Position numbers and translations under genes: made by a program. From positions 1 through 64,000 of the forward strand of contig CAVYNY010000019.1 of NCBI GenBank assembly GCA_963769935.1: a stretch of 64,000 nt of DNA. The letters are read 5' to 3'. The notes under the pieces were generated by a model that saw only the letters and a program-made list of their open reading frames with translations, was not told the origin of the DNA and did not search any database. This DNA is from an uncultured delta proteobacterium. Lineage in GTDB: Bacteria > Desulfobacterota > Desulfobacteria > Desulfobacterales > JAFDCJ01. The stretch's first letter is position 1; every line of letters starts with the position of its first letter. This document shows positions 55,497-64,000 of this stretch, piece after piece.

Positions 55497-56561
55497 TCAA
55501 TAAATAAACATCGCATCCCCGTAACTATAAAACCGATAACGGCATCTGACCGCCTCCCGGTAAGCATCCAATACCTTCTGCCGGCCGGCAAAGGCCGTTA
55601 CCAGCATCAGCAGCGTCGATTTGGGCAAATGAAAATTCGTGATCAGGGCATCGACGATTTTAAATCGGAATCCAGGGTAGATAAACAGGTCGCAAGTGCC
55701 GCAGCCCGCTTCTATCCTGCCGTCGGCATTGGCCGCGTACTCGAGTGTGCGCACGCAGGTGGTGCCGACGGCAACCACTCGGTGTCCGGCGCTCCGGGCC
55801 GAATTTATCGTTTCGGCCGTCGCGGCGGCAATGGAAAACTGCTCTGAATGCATTTGATGCTGCCGTATGTCGGTGACTCTGACCGGCATAAACGTTCCGC
55901 AGCCGACGTGCAGCGTCAGTTCCACAATTTTAATCCCGCCGGCGCTCAGCTCACTGAGAAGGTTTGACGTAAAATGCAGACCGGCAGTCGGGGCCGCCAC
56001 CGCTCCCTTGCGGCTGGCATATACCGTCTGGTAGGACGTCAGGTCGTCACAGGGAGACCTCCTCCCGGAATTTCTTTTAATATAAGGCGGAAGGGGCACT
56101 TGTCCAATCTTGTACAGCAACGACTCAAAATCGCCGGCTGTGTGAAATTCAAGGGTACAGGCACCATTGCCGGAGTCCAGAACTTTGGCCTTCAGGTCGT
56201 CTGCAAAGTGCAGCCAACTTCCGGGCCGGGGACGTTTGGAGGCCTTCACCAGACACCGGCAGGCAAACCGGCCGTTTGCCTCCTCTGACCGGCGTCCGCC
56301 GGCATAATCGGCGATCAGCAACTCGACCTTGCCTCCGCTTTCTTTTCTGCCCTCCAGACGGGCGGGGATTACGGCCGTGTTGTTTATCACCAGAACATCG
56401 CCGGGTTTGAGGAAATCACCAATAGCGTTGAAGGTTGCATGCAATAAGCCGCCGGTTCGACGGTCCAGGCACAAGAGTTTCGAACGATCCCTTTGTAAAG
56501 CCGGTTGCTGGGCAATTAAATCGGCCGGCAGATCGTAGTGATAGTCGTTTAAAGAATACAT
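55497..56561 (-). CDS. queA: S-adenosylmethionine:tRNA ribosyltransferase-isomerase
   Basis: LIAQ.P, PLPPYI, YQTVYA, AAPTAGLHF, TNFHLPKS, YSYGDAM. Confidence 0.97.
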   Translation of the reverse strand: MYSLNDYHYDLPADLIAQQPALQRDRSKLLCLDRRTGGLLHATFNAIGDFLKPGDVLVINNTAVIPARLEGRKESGGKVELLIADYAGGRRSEEANGRFACRCLVKASKRPRPGSWLHFADDLKAKVLDSGNGACTLEFHTAGDFESLLYKIGQVPLPPYIKRNSGRRSPCDDLTSYQTVYASRKGAVAAPTAGLHFTSNLLSELSAGGIKIVELTLHVGCGTFMPVRVTDIRQHQMHSEQFSIAAATAETINSARSAGHRVVAVGTTCVRTLEYAANADGRIEAGCGTCDLFIYPGFRFKIVDALITNFHLPKSTLLMLVTAFAGRQKVLDAYREAVRCRYRFYSYGDAMFIY

Positions 56562-56562
56562 C

Positions 56563-56748
56563 CTAATACCTGCCGAAGTAAACCAATACCAACCCGAGCA
56601 CCATTAGCACAAGTCCGAACCTCCGCAACGAACCTTCCGGCGTCGCGGCTATCTTTTTAATCCAGAATTTCATTTTTTCCGGAAAGGCAAAATAAGGCAG
56701 CCCTTCGATGACCATGACCATTCCAATGACGCACAGAAAATACTTCAT
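56563..56748 (-). CDS. DUF2065 family small membrane protein
   Basis: MKYFLCVIGMVMVIEGLPYFAFP...LRRFG. Confidence 0.8.
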   Translation of the reverse strand: MKYFLCVIGMVMVIEGLPYFAFPEKMKFWIKKIAATPEGSLRRFGLVLMVLGLVLVYFGRY

Positions 56749-57195
56749 ACTTTTCAGACCTGTCCAATTTCGATACGCGACTGAGAAGGTTGAATATAAT
56801 CTGTTGAATCGAGTTTTGTCAAAGCAAAATGAATCCGCTTGGCTGTCATAGAAAAAGGCGGCATCATGTCCGACCCGAACCCGGCCCAATATACCCTTAC
56901 CAAACATGAAGAGTTAAAAACATTTATCCAACGTTGGGGTATATTCTCCCGCCGTAAAACAGGGCCATAAACCGAACTGATCCCTCCGCATCTTCTGACA
57001 GCCGGCGATTCACATCGGAGACCGTCCTTGCCCGGCTTGCAAATGGGCTTTCAGTGGTTAAGTTAATGCTCTCAAATTTATTCTTGTCATACCTACGCAT
57101 TAATAGTAATAATTACGAATTCATAGAATTGCCAAAGCCTGAAGATATTCCTCTGGCTGCCCGATGTTGTATTCATTAGGGTAAAGGAGCTTGCC

Positions 57196-59712
57196 ATGGT
57201 TAAAGCTGAACCATCTATTGTCAAGCGTTCCCTGTATTCCTGGATTCTCCCCGGCAATCTTAAACTGCAATTGCTGCTTCTGATCATCATCCTCGTGATG
57301 GTATTTACCAGGGTCTTGCCGCTTGAAATGCAAAAACGCATCGTCAATCAAGCCATCAAGCTGAGGAGCATTGATATGCTGTTTTTGTATTGCGGCATCT
57401 ACCTGGCGGCGGTGGTTTTCTCCAGTCTGCTGAAATACCTGACAAATATCATTCAAACCCGTCTCACCGAGCTGACCACCGCCCGCATGCGCAAAGCGCT
57501 GTACCAGCACATCCTGACCCTGCCGCTAAGCTATTTCAGAAAAACTCAGCCCGGATCCGTTGTCAATGCCCTTGTTTCCGAGTTAACCCTGCCCGGCAAT
57601 TTCGTCGGGATGGCAGTGGCAGCACCCGTCTCCAACCTTCTAACCCTGCTGGCTTTTGCCGGCTACCTGTTCTGGCTCAATCCGCTGTTGGCGGTCGTAT
57701 CGTTGAGTATTTATCCGTTCGTCATATTATTGCTGCCACTGCTGCAACGGGGCGTCAATAGGGCCAATAGAAAACGGGTGTACACGGCCCGCTCGCTATC
57801 GTCGCGCATTGCGGAATCCATCTCCGGCATTCATGAAATCCACGGCAACGGTTCCTATAAGTTGGAGGGCGACAAATACAACAAGCTGGTCAACAGGTTG
57901 CTGAAAATCAGAATCGTTTGGAGCCTGTATCGATTCGGCGTCAAAACGCTCAACGGGTTTTTCACCGGCCTGGGCCCTTTTCTGGTATTTATCCTGGGCG
58001 GCTGGCTGACCATCAAAGGCCGGCTGGAACTGGGTGCCCTGGTCGCGTTTCTGTCGGCCCAGGAACGTTTATTTGATCCCTGGAAAGAACTCATCGAGTT
58101 TTATCAGGTCTTCCAGGACGGCAAGGTCAACTACGATCGCACCATGGAATATTTTGACGTTGAACCGGAGTACGAACTTGAGCCCCGTGACCGCGAACCG
58201 CTGGAGTTGGAGGGCAGCGTGGAGGTAAAGGATTTGTCTTTCGTAACCGACAGCGGCATTCACCTGCTCGACGGCATCAACATGTCCTTGAAACAAGGCG
58301 AGCATATGGCGCTGGTGGGATTTTCCGGCAGCGGCAAAAGCACGCTGGCGCTTTGTATCGGACAGCTTTACAAATACACCGGCGGCAGTGTGATGATCGG
58401 CGACAAGGAAGTTTCCGGGCTTACCAAAAGAGACATGATAAACAATATGGGGTTTGTGGCCCAAAGCCCGTTCATTTTCGACGGTACGATTGAAGAAAAC
58501 ATTCTCTACTCCTGCCAGGCCAAATTCGGAGGCAACGGTCAGGGGGTAGGAAAAAACGGCATGCCCTCCCTGGACGACATTATCGCCGTCCTCCATCAAA
58601 CCGGCATTTTCGTTGACGTGCTGCGTTTTGGACTTAACGCTATTTTAACCCACGATCGGCATGAGGAGTTGATCAATGCGATCATCCGCATCCGCAAAAA
58701 CTTCAGACAGGACTACGGTGAAGAACTGGCGGATTATGTCGAATTTTTTGATGAAAATAAATATCTTTACTTCTCCAGCGTGGCTGAAAACCTGACTTTC
58801 GGCGCTCCCAACAAAGCTGAATTTGCCGCCGAAAATTTGGCTAAAAGCAGCTATTTTCTAAATTTTCTGGATACCGCCGATCTGACCCGCCCGCTGCTCA
58901 GCCTGGGCGCCAATCTCTGCCGGCAAACGGTTGACATTCTGGGCAATTTGCCGCCTGACGCCGTTTTTTTTCAACAAAGTCCCCTAAACCCGGAGGAACT
59001 GGAAGATTTCAAAGTTCTGGAAGAACATTTGAAGAAAAAGAGACTGCATGAACTGGATGATGGGGAACGCCAAAAACTGCTGGAACTGGGCTTGCGATTT
59101 ACACCCGGTATTCATAAGATGGCCGCGCTGCCGGAAATTCTGGAAACATTGATCCTTGAAAGTCGGGCGCTGTTTCACGATAAAATTGCGGAAGACGACC
59201 CGGACGCCTTTACTTTTTATCAAATGTCGGAATACATATATTCTCAGACCATTCTGAACAATATCTTTTTCGGTAAAACAAAAACCGCCAATCCCCAGGC
59301 CCAGGACAAAATCGACCAGAACATTATTCAGCTTTTAATTGAGGAAGATTTTTTGGAAGCCATAATTGAAATCGGCATGCACTATCAGGTCGGCACCAAG
59401 GGAGATAAATTGTCCGGCGGGCAGCAGCAAAAGCTGGCGATTGCCCGAATATTTCTCAAGGCGCCCCGGATTTTGATAATGGACGAAGCGACGTCGGCGC
59501 TTGACAACAAATCCCAGACCCGCATTCAAAACCTGCTGGAAACCCGCTGGAAGAAGAAAAGCACCGTGGTTTCCGTTGTTCACCGGCTGGATACCATCAA
59601 AAACTATGACAAGGTCGCGGTCATGAAAGCCGGCAAAATTCTGGAAATGGGCACCTATGATGAACTGATAGCCCGGAAAGGAATGCTTTATGAGCTTGTC
59701 GGAAAGAAATAA
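57196..59712 (+). CDS. ABC exporter (TMD+NBD) with a large insertion splitting the NBD
   Basis: Multi-TM N-terminus; Walker A GFSGSGKS, Q-loop FVAQ, then about 316 aa to LSGGQ, ILIMDEATSALD, VVHRL. Confidence 0.9.
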   Translation: MVKAEPSIVKRSLYSWILPGNLKLQLLLLIIILVMVFTRVLPLEMQKRIVNQAIKLRSIDMLFLYCGIYLAAVVFSSLLKYLTNIIQTRLTELTTARMRKALYQHILTLPLSYFRKTQPGSVVNALVSELTLPGNFVGMAVAAPVSNLLTLLAFAGYLFWLNPLLAVVSLSIYPFVILLLPLLQRGVNRANRKRVYTARSLSSRIAESISGIHEIHGNGSYKLEGDKYNKLVNRLLKIRIVWSLYRFGVKTLNGFFTGLGPFLVFILGGWLTIKGRLELGALVAFLSAQERLFDPWKELIEFYQVFQDGKVNYDRTMEYFDVEPEYELEPRDREPLELEGSVEVKDLSFVTDSGIHLLDGINMSLKQGEHMALVGFSGSGKSTLALCIGQLYKYTGGSVMIGDKEVSGLTKRDMINNMGFVAQSPFIFDGTIEENILYSCQAKFGGNGQGVGKNGMPSLDDIIAVLHQTGIFVDVLRFGLNAILTHDRHEELINAIIRIRKNFRQDYGEELADYVEFFDENKYLYFSSVAENLTFGAPNKAEFAAENLAKSSYFLNFLDTADLTRPLLSLGANLCRQTVDILGNLPPDAVFFQQSPLNPEELEDFKVLEEHLKKKRLHELDDGERQKLLELGLRFTPGIHKMAALPEILETLILESRALFHDKIAEDDPDAFTFYQMSEYIYSQTILNNIFFGKTKTANPQAQDKIDQNIIQLLIEEDFLEAIIEIGMHYQVGTKGDKLSGGQQQKLAIARIFLKAPRILIMDEATSALDNKSQTRIQNLLETRWKKKSTVVSVVHRLDTIKNYDKVAVMKAGKILEMGTYDELIARKGMLYELVGKK

Positions 59713-60214
59713 GCCAAACCCCTCAAGTGAATTCCAGGAAAATCTGGATATCTTGCGACAAACCTACTTTTTCTCCGGACTTCCACTTGAAACCCTTAAA
59801 ATTTTCGCTTATCTTTGTACCAGGGAAAGATTCAGACAAGGTGAGCATATTTTCCGTCAGGACGAAGACGACGGCCAGGCGTTTTATATTATCGATGGCA
59901 AAGCCATACTCGAGCGCAGAAACAACGGCGATATTTCCGAGATCCGTGACTGTAAGGCCGGGGAATTTCTGGGAGGCTTGACGTTGCTGGGTGAAACGGG
60001 CCGATTATTTTCGCTGAAATCAGTTTCGAACACAACCTGCCTAGTATTGAGCCGGGAGAAATTTTCCAAAACCATGGAACAGTTTCCCGGTTTGATGATG
60101 AAGATATGCAAAGCCGTGGCCCAGCATATCGATACCTGGGAAAAGCGGTTTCTTGCCGACCAAGGGGATCAATGTGGTGGATGCATCGGAAGATTGGGAG
60201 TCACTCTTATCTGA
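59690..60214 (+). CDS. Cyclic-nucleotide-binding domain protein
   Basis: FFSGL, GEHIFRQ, AFYIIDG, GEFLGGLTLL, RLFS; overlaps the ABC stop. Confidence 0.85.
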   Translation: MSLSERNKPNPSSEFQENLDILRQTYFFSGLPLETLKIFAYLCTRERFRQGEHIFRQDEDDGQAFYIIDGKAILERRNNGDISEIRDCKAGEFLGGLTLLGETGRLFSLKSVSNTTCLVLSREKFSKTMEQFPGLMMKICKAVAQHIDTWEKRFLADQGDQCGGCIGRLGVTLI

Positions 60215-60305
60215 GCTGCGGCGGCGGGGCAAAATCACAAAAGGAGTGTGATGGAACAGCAGGATCAGAAGCCCTGAACGCGGATCTTCGAAAGGTGGTC
60301 GCTTT

Positions 60306-60737
60306 ATGGCGAAAAAAAAGTATTCATTTGAACTCAAGAGCAGCCTGGGCGAATTAGATAATTTATGCCTGAATCTGGAAACTCTCGGCGAAAAAATCGG
60401 ATTATCCAAGAAACTGGTCTTTGAGATAAACCTGGCGTTGGATGAATTGTTCACCAACATCATCTCCTACGGATTCAGCGACGAAGAAGAGCATACCATC
60501 AAGGTGACCATAACCCCGCATAAAGGGAAAATTTGCCTGAGCATCGAGGATGACGGCATACCGTTCAATCCGATCGAATTTGAAACTCCTGATGTCGCCT
60601 GCTCGGTGGAAAACTGTAAAATCGGGGGACTGGGAATTCACATTATGCGCAAGCTGATGGACGATATATGCTATCAGCGCTGCGGGGATAAAAACGTTTT
60701 AACGCTCAAAAAAAACCTCTCGCAAGATGAATCTTAA
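60306..60737 (+). CDS. Anti-sigma factor / Ser kinase (RsbW-like HATPase)
   Basis: LALDELFTNIISYG, IEDDGIPFNP, IGGLGIHI. Confidence 0.9.
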   Translation: MAKKKYSFELKSSLGELDNLCLNLETLGEKIGLSKKLVFEINLALDELFTNIISYGFSDEEEHTIKVTITPHKGKICLSIEDDGIPFNPIEFETPDVACSVENCKIGGLGIHIMRKLMDDICYQRCGDKNVLTLKKNLSQDES

Positions 60738-60799
60738 TTCTAAAGAATACTCCAACACAAAATACGCGAACGGATTTTTAATACGAGCCAACTGGGAGG

Positions 60800-61138
60800 A
60801 TGGTAATGGAAATTATCGAGGAAAAACAAAGCGGCATCAACATCTTTAAACTTAACGGTCGCCTGGATTCGAATACATCACAAGGATTTGAGCAAAAACT
60901 TTTTCAAGCGATCTCCGACGGGTCGAAAAATGTGGTTGTTGATTTTAAGGATCTCGACTATATCTCAAGTGCCGGTTTGCGTGTTATCTTAAAAGCCACG
61001 AAAGCCATCAAACGCGAAGACGGCCGACTCATGCTCTGCTCCATGCAGGATTATGTCAAAGAAGTCTTCGAAATTGCAGGGTTTGACTCCTTCCTACCCA
61101 TTGTTGCCACCATGGACGATGCGCTCAAGTCATTTTAG
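60800..61138 (+). CDS. STAS-domain anti-sigma factor antagonist (RsbV-like)
   Basis: GRLD, LDYISSAGLR, VFEIAG. Confidence 0.93.
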   Translation: MVMEIIEEKQSGINIFKLNGRLDSNTSQGFEQKLFQAISDGSKNVVVDFKDLDYISSAGLRVILKATKAIKREDGRLMLCSMQDYVKEVFEIAGFDSFLPIVATMDDALKSF

Positions 61139-61212
61139 GCGTTATGTTAGCGTGAAATTCAATGATAAACAGCTTCAACTTGTGAGCTTGCCATTTCGGC
61201 AAATTTGACATC

Positions 61213-61244
61213 CGAGTCCCGCTGCAGGCGGGATTCGTCTTTTC
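61213..61244 (+). terminator. Probable intrinsic terminator
   Basis: CGAGTCCCGC-TGCAG-GCGGGATTCG followed by TCTTTTC, between convergent genes. Confidence 0.6.
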
Positions 61245-61256
61245 TTCCGCCAAAAT

Positions 61257-61640
61257 TCATCGCAGGCCGAGGAGACCGCGCTGCCCCAGTTGTTTGATGA
61301 AACTAGTCACGGAAACCTCGGCTTCCCTGTTTTCCAAACGATGAGTTTCGGCAAAAATCCGGACAATCCGGCGCACGGATCGATTCCCATCCACCAAATC
61401 CCATACGGCGGTTCCCATAGCATCCAACTGAAGCTTTTTGGTATGAACTCGATCCGTTGGGCCTCCCAGACGCTTGGCCAGAGCAGCAATCCACGGCCTT
61501 GCCGTCAGCGGATATTCTAAGAGCACCTCCCCGTTCTCAAGCCGTGTTTCAGCAATATGAAGGCTTTTGGCCGGTCGGCATTCAAGCGCATGGCTGCGCG
61601 ATAGCTGACTTTTTCGATGCTTGCTTTTAAAGACTTTCAT
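61257..61640 (-). CDS. PqqD-family (RiPP recognition element-like) protein
   Basis: LQLDAMGTAVWDLVDGNRSV..I......EAEVSVTSFIKQL.QRGLL winged-helix pattern. Confidence 0.82.
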   Translation of the reverse strand: MKVFKSKHRKSQLSRSHALECRPAKSLHIAETRLENGEVLLEYPLTARPWIAALAKRLGGPTDRVHTKKLQLDAMGTAVWDLVDGNRSVRRIVRIFAETHRLENREAEVSVTSFIKQLGQRGLLGLR

Positions 61641-62583
61641 AATCGGTGCAGATCTGATTCAACAGTTGGAAATCAAGCGCGCGTTTGCTTTCGGCCCGAA
61701 CACCGAGCAGCCGGTTTTTATCGTTCAGATGCCACAGTCGATACCAAAAAAAAGACGGCTTTACTTTCAGCCGGCGGATGGCTCGCCGCCAGTCGTCGGG
61801 GGGCGACACCTGCCATTCTACTGCGGCGTATCCGTCAATCGTCGACCCTTGCGGCTGGCCGGCGGAAAAATCAGGGATCGTTCCGCAAAACCAGACGAGG
61901 TCCCGCCCGCCCAGCAAAGCGGCTGCCGGTGCCCAGCGGTAAAACCGGACGCTTTGCCGACCATCGGAAAATAAAAGTTCATATTTGCCGGTTTCGAACC
62001 GGTAGTGCAACAACCCGAATGGAGCGGGCAGTTTGAGCCGGAGGTCGAAAACTTCCCAGCGTATCATGCCGTCCGAGCTGTGGTCGCGGAAAGATTTGAG
62101 CACCGCCAGCAATACCTTTTCGCGTTCCGGTGAACTATCCCCCGTAAATTGAATCAGGGTTGCATTGCGGCATACAGGGCAAAACAGGATGGCTCCGCGC
62201 CCCCCTGCATTCTGGCTTTGCCACAGAAAACCGCTGGCCTCATAATCCGCCAGAGCCTTTTGCCAGGGCGGCGGCAGAAACCATTCAGCAATGCGGCCTC
62301 TGATGTTGCCGGATTGTGAAGCAGAGAGCCGCTTCAGGTGGGCTCTGTGGGAAAAAGTCCCTTTCACAGATCCCCACTTAACTTCCAGCACGGGTCCGGC
62401 TTCATCCTCCAGTATCAGATGCCGGGTGCCGATCCGGCCGATCTCCCATAGCGGCGGGGTCTTAAACCGGATTCCGTTCCAGGCGACGTGTCTCCAATGG
62501 TTGGTCAAATCGTTAACTTCTGACTTTAGACGCTTAAACAACAGGTTGTCAGATGATTTTGAACTAAAGCTACCGCGGCACAT
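61627..62583 (-). CDS. Hypothetical protein (start uncertain)
   Basis: Long ORF overlapping both neighbours in the same operon; Trp-rich; no family recognised. Confidence 0.7.
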   Translation of the reverse strand: MCRGSFSSKSSDNLLFKRLKSEVNDLTNHWRHVAWNGIRFKTPPLWEIGRIGTRHLILEDEAGPVLEVKWGSVKGTFSHRAHLKRLSASQSGNIRGRIAEWFLPPPWQKALADYEASGFLWQSQNAGGRGAILFCPVCRNATLIQFTGDSSPEREKVLLAVLKSFRDHSSDGMIRWEVFDLRLKLPAPFGLLHYRFETGKYELLFSDGRQSVRFYRWAPAAALLGGRDLVWFCGTIPDFSAGQPQGSTIDGYAAVEWQVSPPDDWRRAIRRLKVKPSFFWYRLWHLNDKNRLLGVRAESKRALDFQLLNQICTDYESL

Positions 62584-63193
62584 AAAGGTTCCAGCCGGTC
62601 AACTCCGTCGTCATCGTTTTAGAATCCTGCTGGCGGAGTTTGTCTAGTTTATCCAGCCCCTTGACTTCGTAGCAGTGTTGATCCTCCTCAATCAGGCTGG
62701 TCATGGTGAGCTTGATGGCATTGCCCAGTTTTTCCTCCGTATCCATTGAGTTGTGCTGCAGGGTCATACTGATTCGGCTGCCGTCCTTGTCGACAAAAGA
62801 CCATTTCCAGCTGATCAGAATATGAAAAGGATCACCGCGATACTCATCCGGCTCACCGTATTTCGCCTTAATCTTCGCAAAAAGTTTTTTATAAAAATCT
62901 TCGCTCGAATCGTCATACTTGAGCTTGATCCTGACGATATGACCCGGCGCCGTGCAGGTGGCATAAGCAATCAATCCGGTTTTAATGCCTTCAAGCGGCC
63001 TTGTCTCCACTTCTTCAATGTTTTCCATATACCGGGTGGGCAAAGCGGTTTCCATGATGACATAGTCTTTGATATCTTCGATTCCGCCGTTTAATTTAAA
63101 AACCGCAATCTGATGCGGCGCATCGGCGGCCGGACAAACATTGGCAATCCATAACAGTGCTGCGCTGGCTGCTAAGACAAGTATCCGTTTCAT
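62570..63193 (-). CDS. Secreted hypothetical protein
   Basis: Signal peptide MKRILVLAASAALLWIANVCPA; GGAG RBS. Confidence 0.75.
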   Translation of the reverse strand: MKRILVLAASAALLWIANVCPAADAPHQIAVFKLNGGIEDIKDYVIMETALPTRYMENIEEVETRPLEGIKTGLIAYATCTAPGHIVRIKLKYDDSSEDFYKKLFAKIKAKYGEPDEYRGDPFHILISWKWSFVDKDGSRISMTLQHNSMDTEEKLGNAIKLTMTSLIEEDQHCYEVKGLDKLDKLRQQDSKTMTTELTGWNLYVPR

Positions 63194-63211
63194 ACGGGGC
63201 TCCGATCTGAT

Positions 63212-63488
63212 ATTGACGAATGACGAATGTCGATTGACGAATTAAGGTATCCAATCAATTTAAATTTATTATAGTATAGGCAGACTACCAGGATGAAGCA
63301 AGCCTTATGAGCGACTATTTACAAACGATCTGCCGGCGGGGAATCTGATCTATACTTACATAAATTAAAAACCAGGATTTTCATATCCGTGAACCCTGAA
63401 CCTCTGATCCTCTAAACTCTAAACTCTGAACCCTGAACTTTGAACCTTGAACCCTCATTCTTCATTGGTCAATCTTCATTCGTCATTC
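63212..63488. repeat. Family D element, copy 4, with an inner CCCTGAA heptamer array
   Basis: attgacg aatgacg aatgtcg attgacg aattaaggtat ... gaaccct gaacctct ... gaacctt gaaccct cattctt cattggt caatctt cattcgt cattc. Confidence 0.8.
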
Positions 63489-64000
63489 CTAATATGCCAA
63501 TCGCTCCAGAGACTTGAGAATCAGCGTAATTCCCATGGCAAACATACCGGTCAATCCCATGCCGCAGGAAAAACCGGCCAGAAGCACCGGCGCATACTGC
63601 CGCCACACGGCGCCGTAACGCTTCAAAAAGAAAAAGCGCCCCAGCAGGGCTCCGACAACTTCCAGAATAAGCCCGTGGGGTGTACTCTGCCCCAGTCCGC
63701 GCACCATCCCGTAGACCAGCATGATCGGCAGTCCGAACAGGGTTAAGATCCCGTAAGTGACAACCCCCAGGCCCAGGCCCGCCAGCACATGCGTCCCGCT
63801 GAGGGCCTGGTAGAAAAGAGAATTGCCCTCCAGGGTGGAAGTCTGCATCAACAGCGTGTTCAACGCCTGCAAATGCCACAATTCCTGGGCATAGGGGTAG
63901 GCACTGGATGGAATCGGAGCTAAACGCCAGATGAATTGAGAAAACAGCAAGCTGGCCACCATCACGATGGGAAAAACCACAATTTCAGATTTGATGATGC
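63489..64000 (-). CDS. C-terminal part of an OPT-superfamily-like membrane transporter (continues beyond the window)
   Basis: Hydrophobic helices, IWRLAPIPSSAYPYAQ..W, YAPVLLAGFSCGMGL (OPT-like C-terminal AG..xG). Confidence 0.65.
   Translation of the reverse strand, partial: IIKSEIVVFPIVMVASLLFSQFIWRLAPIPSSAYPYAQELWHLQALNTLLMQTSTLEGNSLFYQALSGTHVLAGLGLGVVTYGILTLFGLPIMLVYGMVRGLGQSTPHGLILEVVGALLGRFFFLKRYGAVWRQYAPVLLAGFSCGMGLTGMFAMGITLILKSLERLAY

Overview
The window has two parts. (1) Bases 1-2434 are very GC-rich, actinobacterial-looking DNA: an IS3-family element interrupted by an IS30-family element, both with many frameshifts. It ends at 2435-2481 in two back-to-back degraded copies of what looks like the Oxford Nanopore ligation adapter, so this block is most likely a chimeric read artefact and not part of the genome. 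(2) Bases 2482-64000 are a moderate-GC housekeeping region that I infer to be from a Desulfobacterota (Desulfobacterales-like) bacterium. It carries menA, purN, trxA-bamD-rpmB, rel-proS-ispG, mltF, nrdR-rib-nusB, rpmF-ACAD-fabG-acpP-fabF, gltX/tRNA-Gln/glnS, fcl-cysQ-amrB, nifUS, a methylmalonyl-CoA/transcarboxylase-sucCD-hypAB operon, queA-tgt, an ABC/cNMP/anti-sigma cluster and the end of an OPT-like transporter/PqqD cluster. The most striking unexplained structure is in the intergenic spacers. Many contain degenerate 7-, 8- or 9-bp tandem arrays of several families. These often start exactly at a stop codon, often form inverted arms, and are sometimes nested or stacked. One arm pair encloses a four-helix-bundle (23S rRNA IVP/Avd-like) gene, and one array lies in frame inside fcl. 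This suggests a cassette-like mobile or RNA-structure system. All calls come from reading motifs by eye; no database searches were run.
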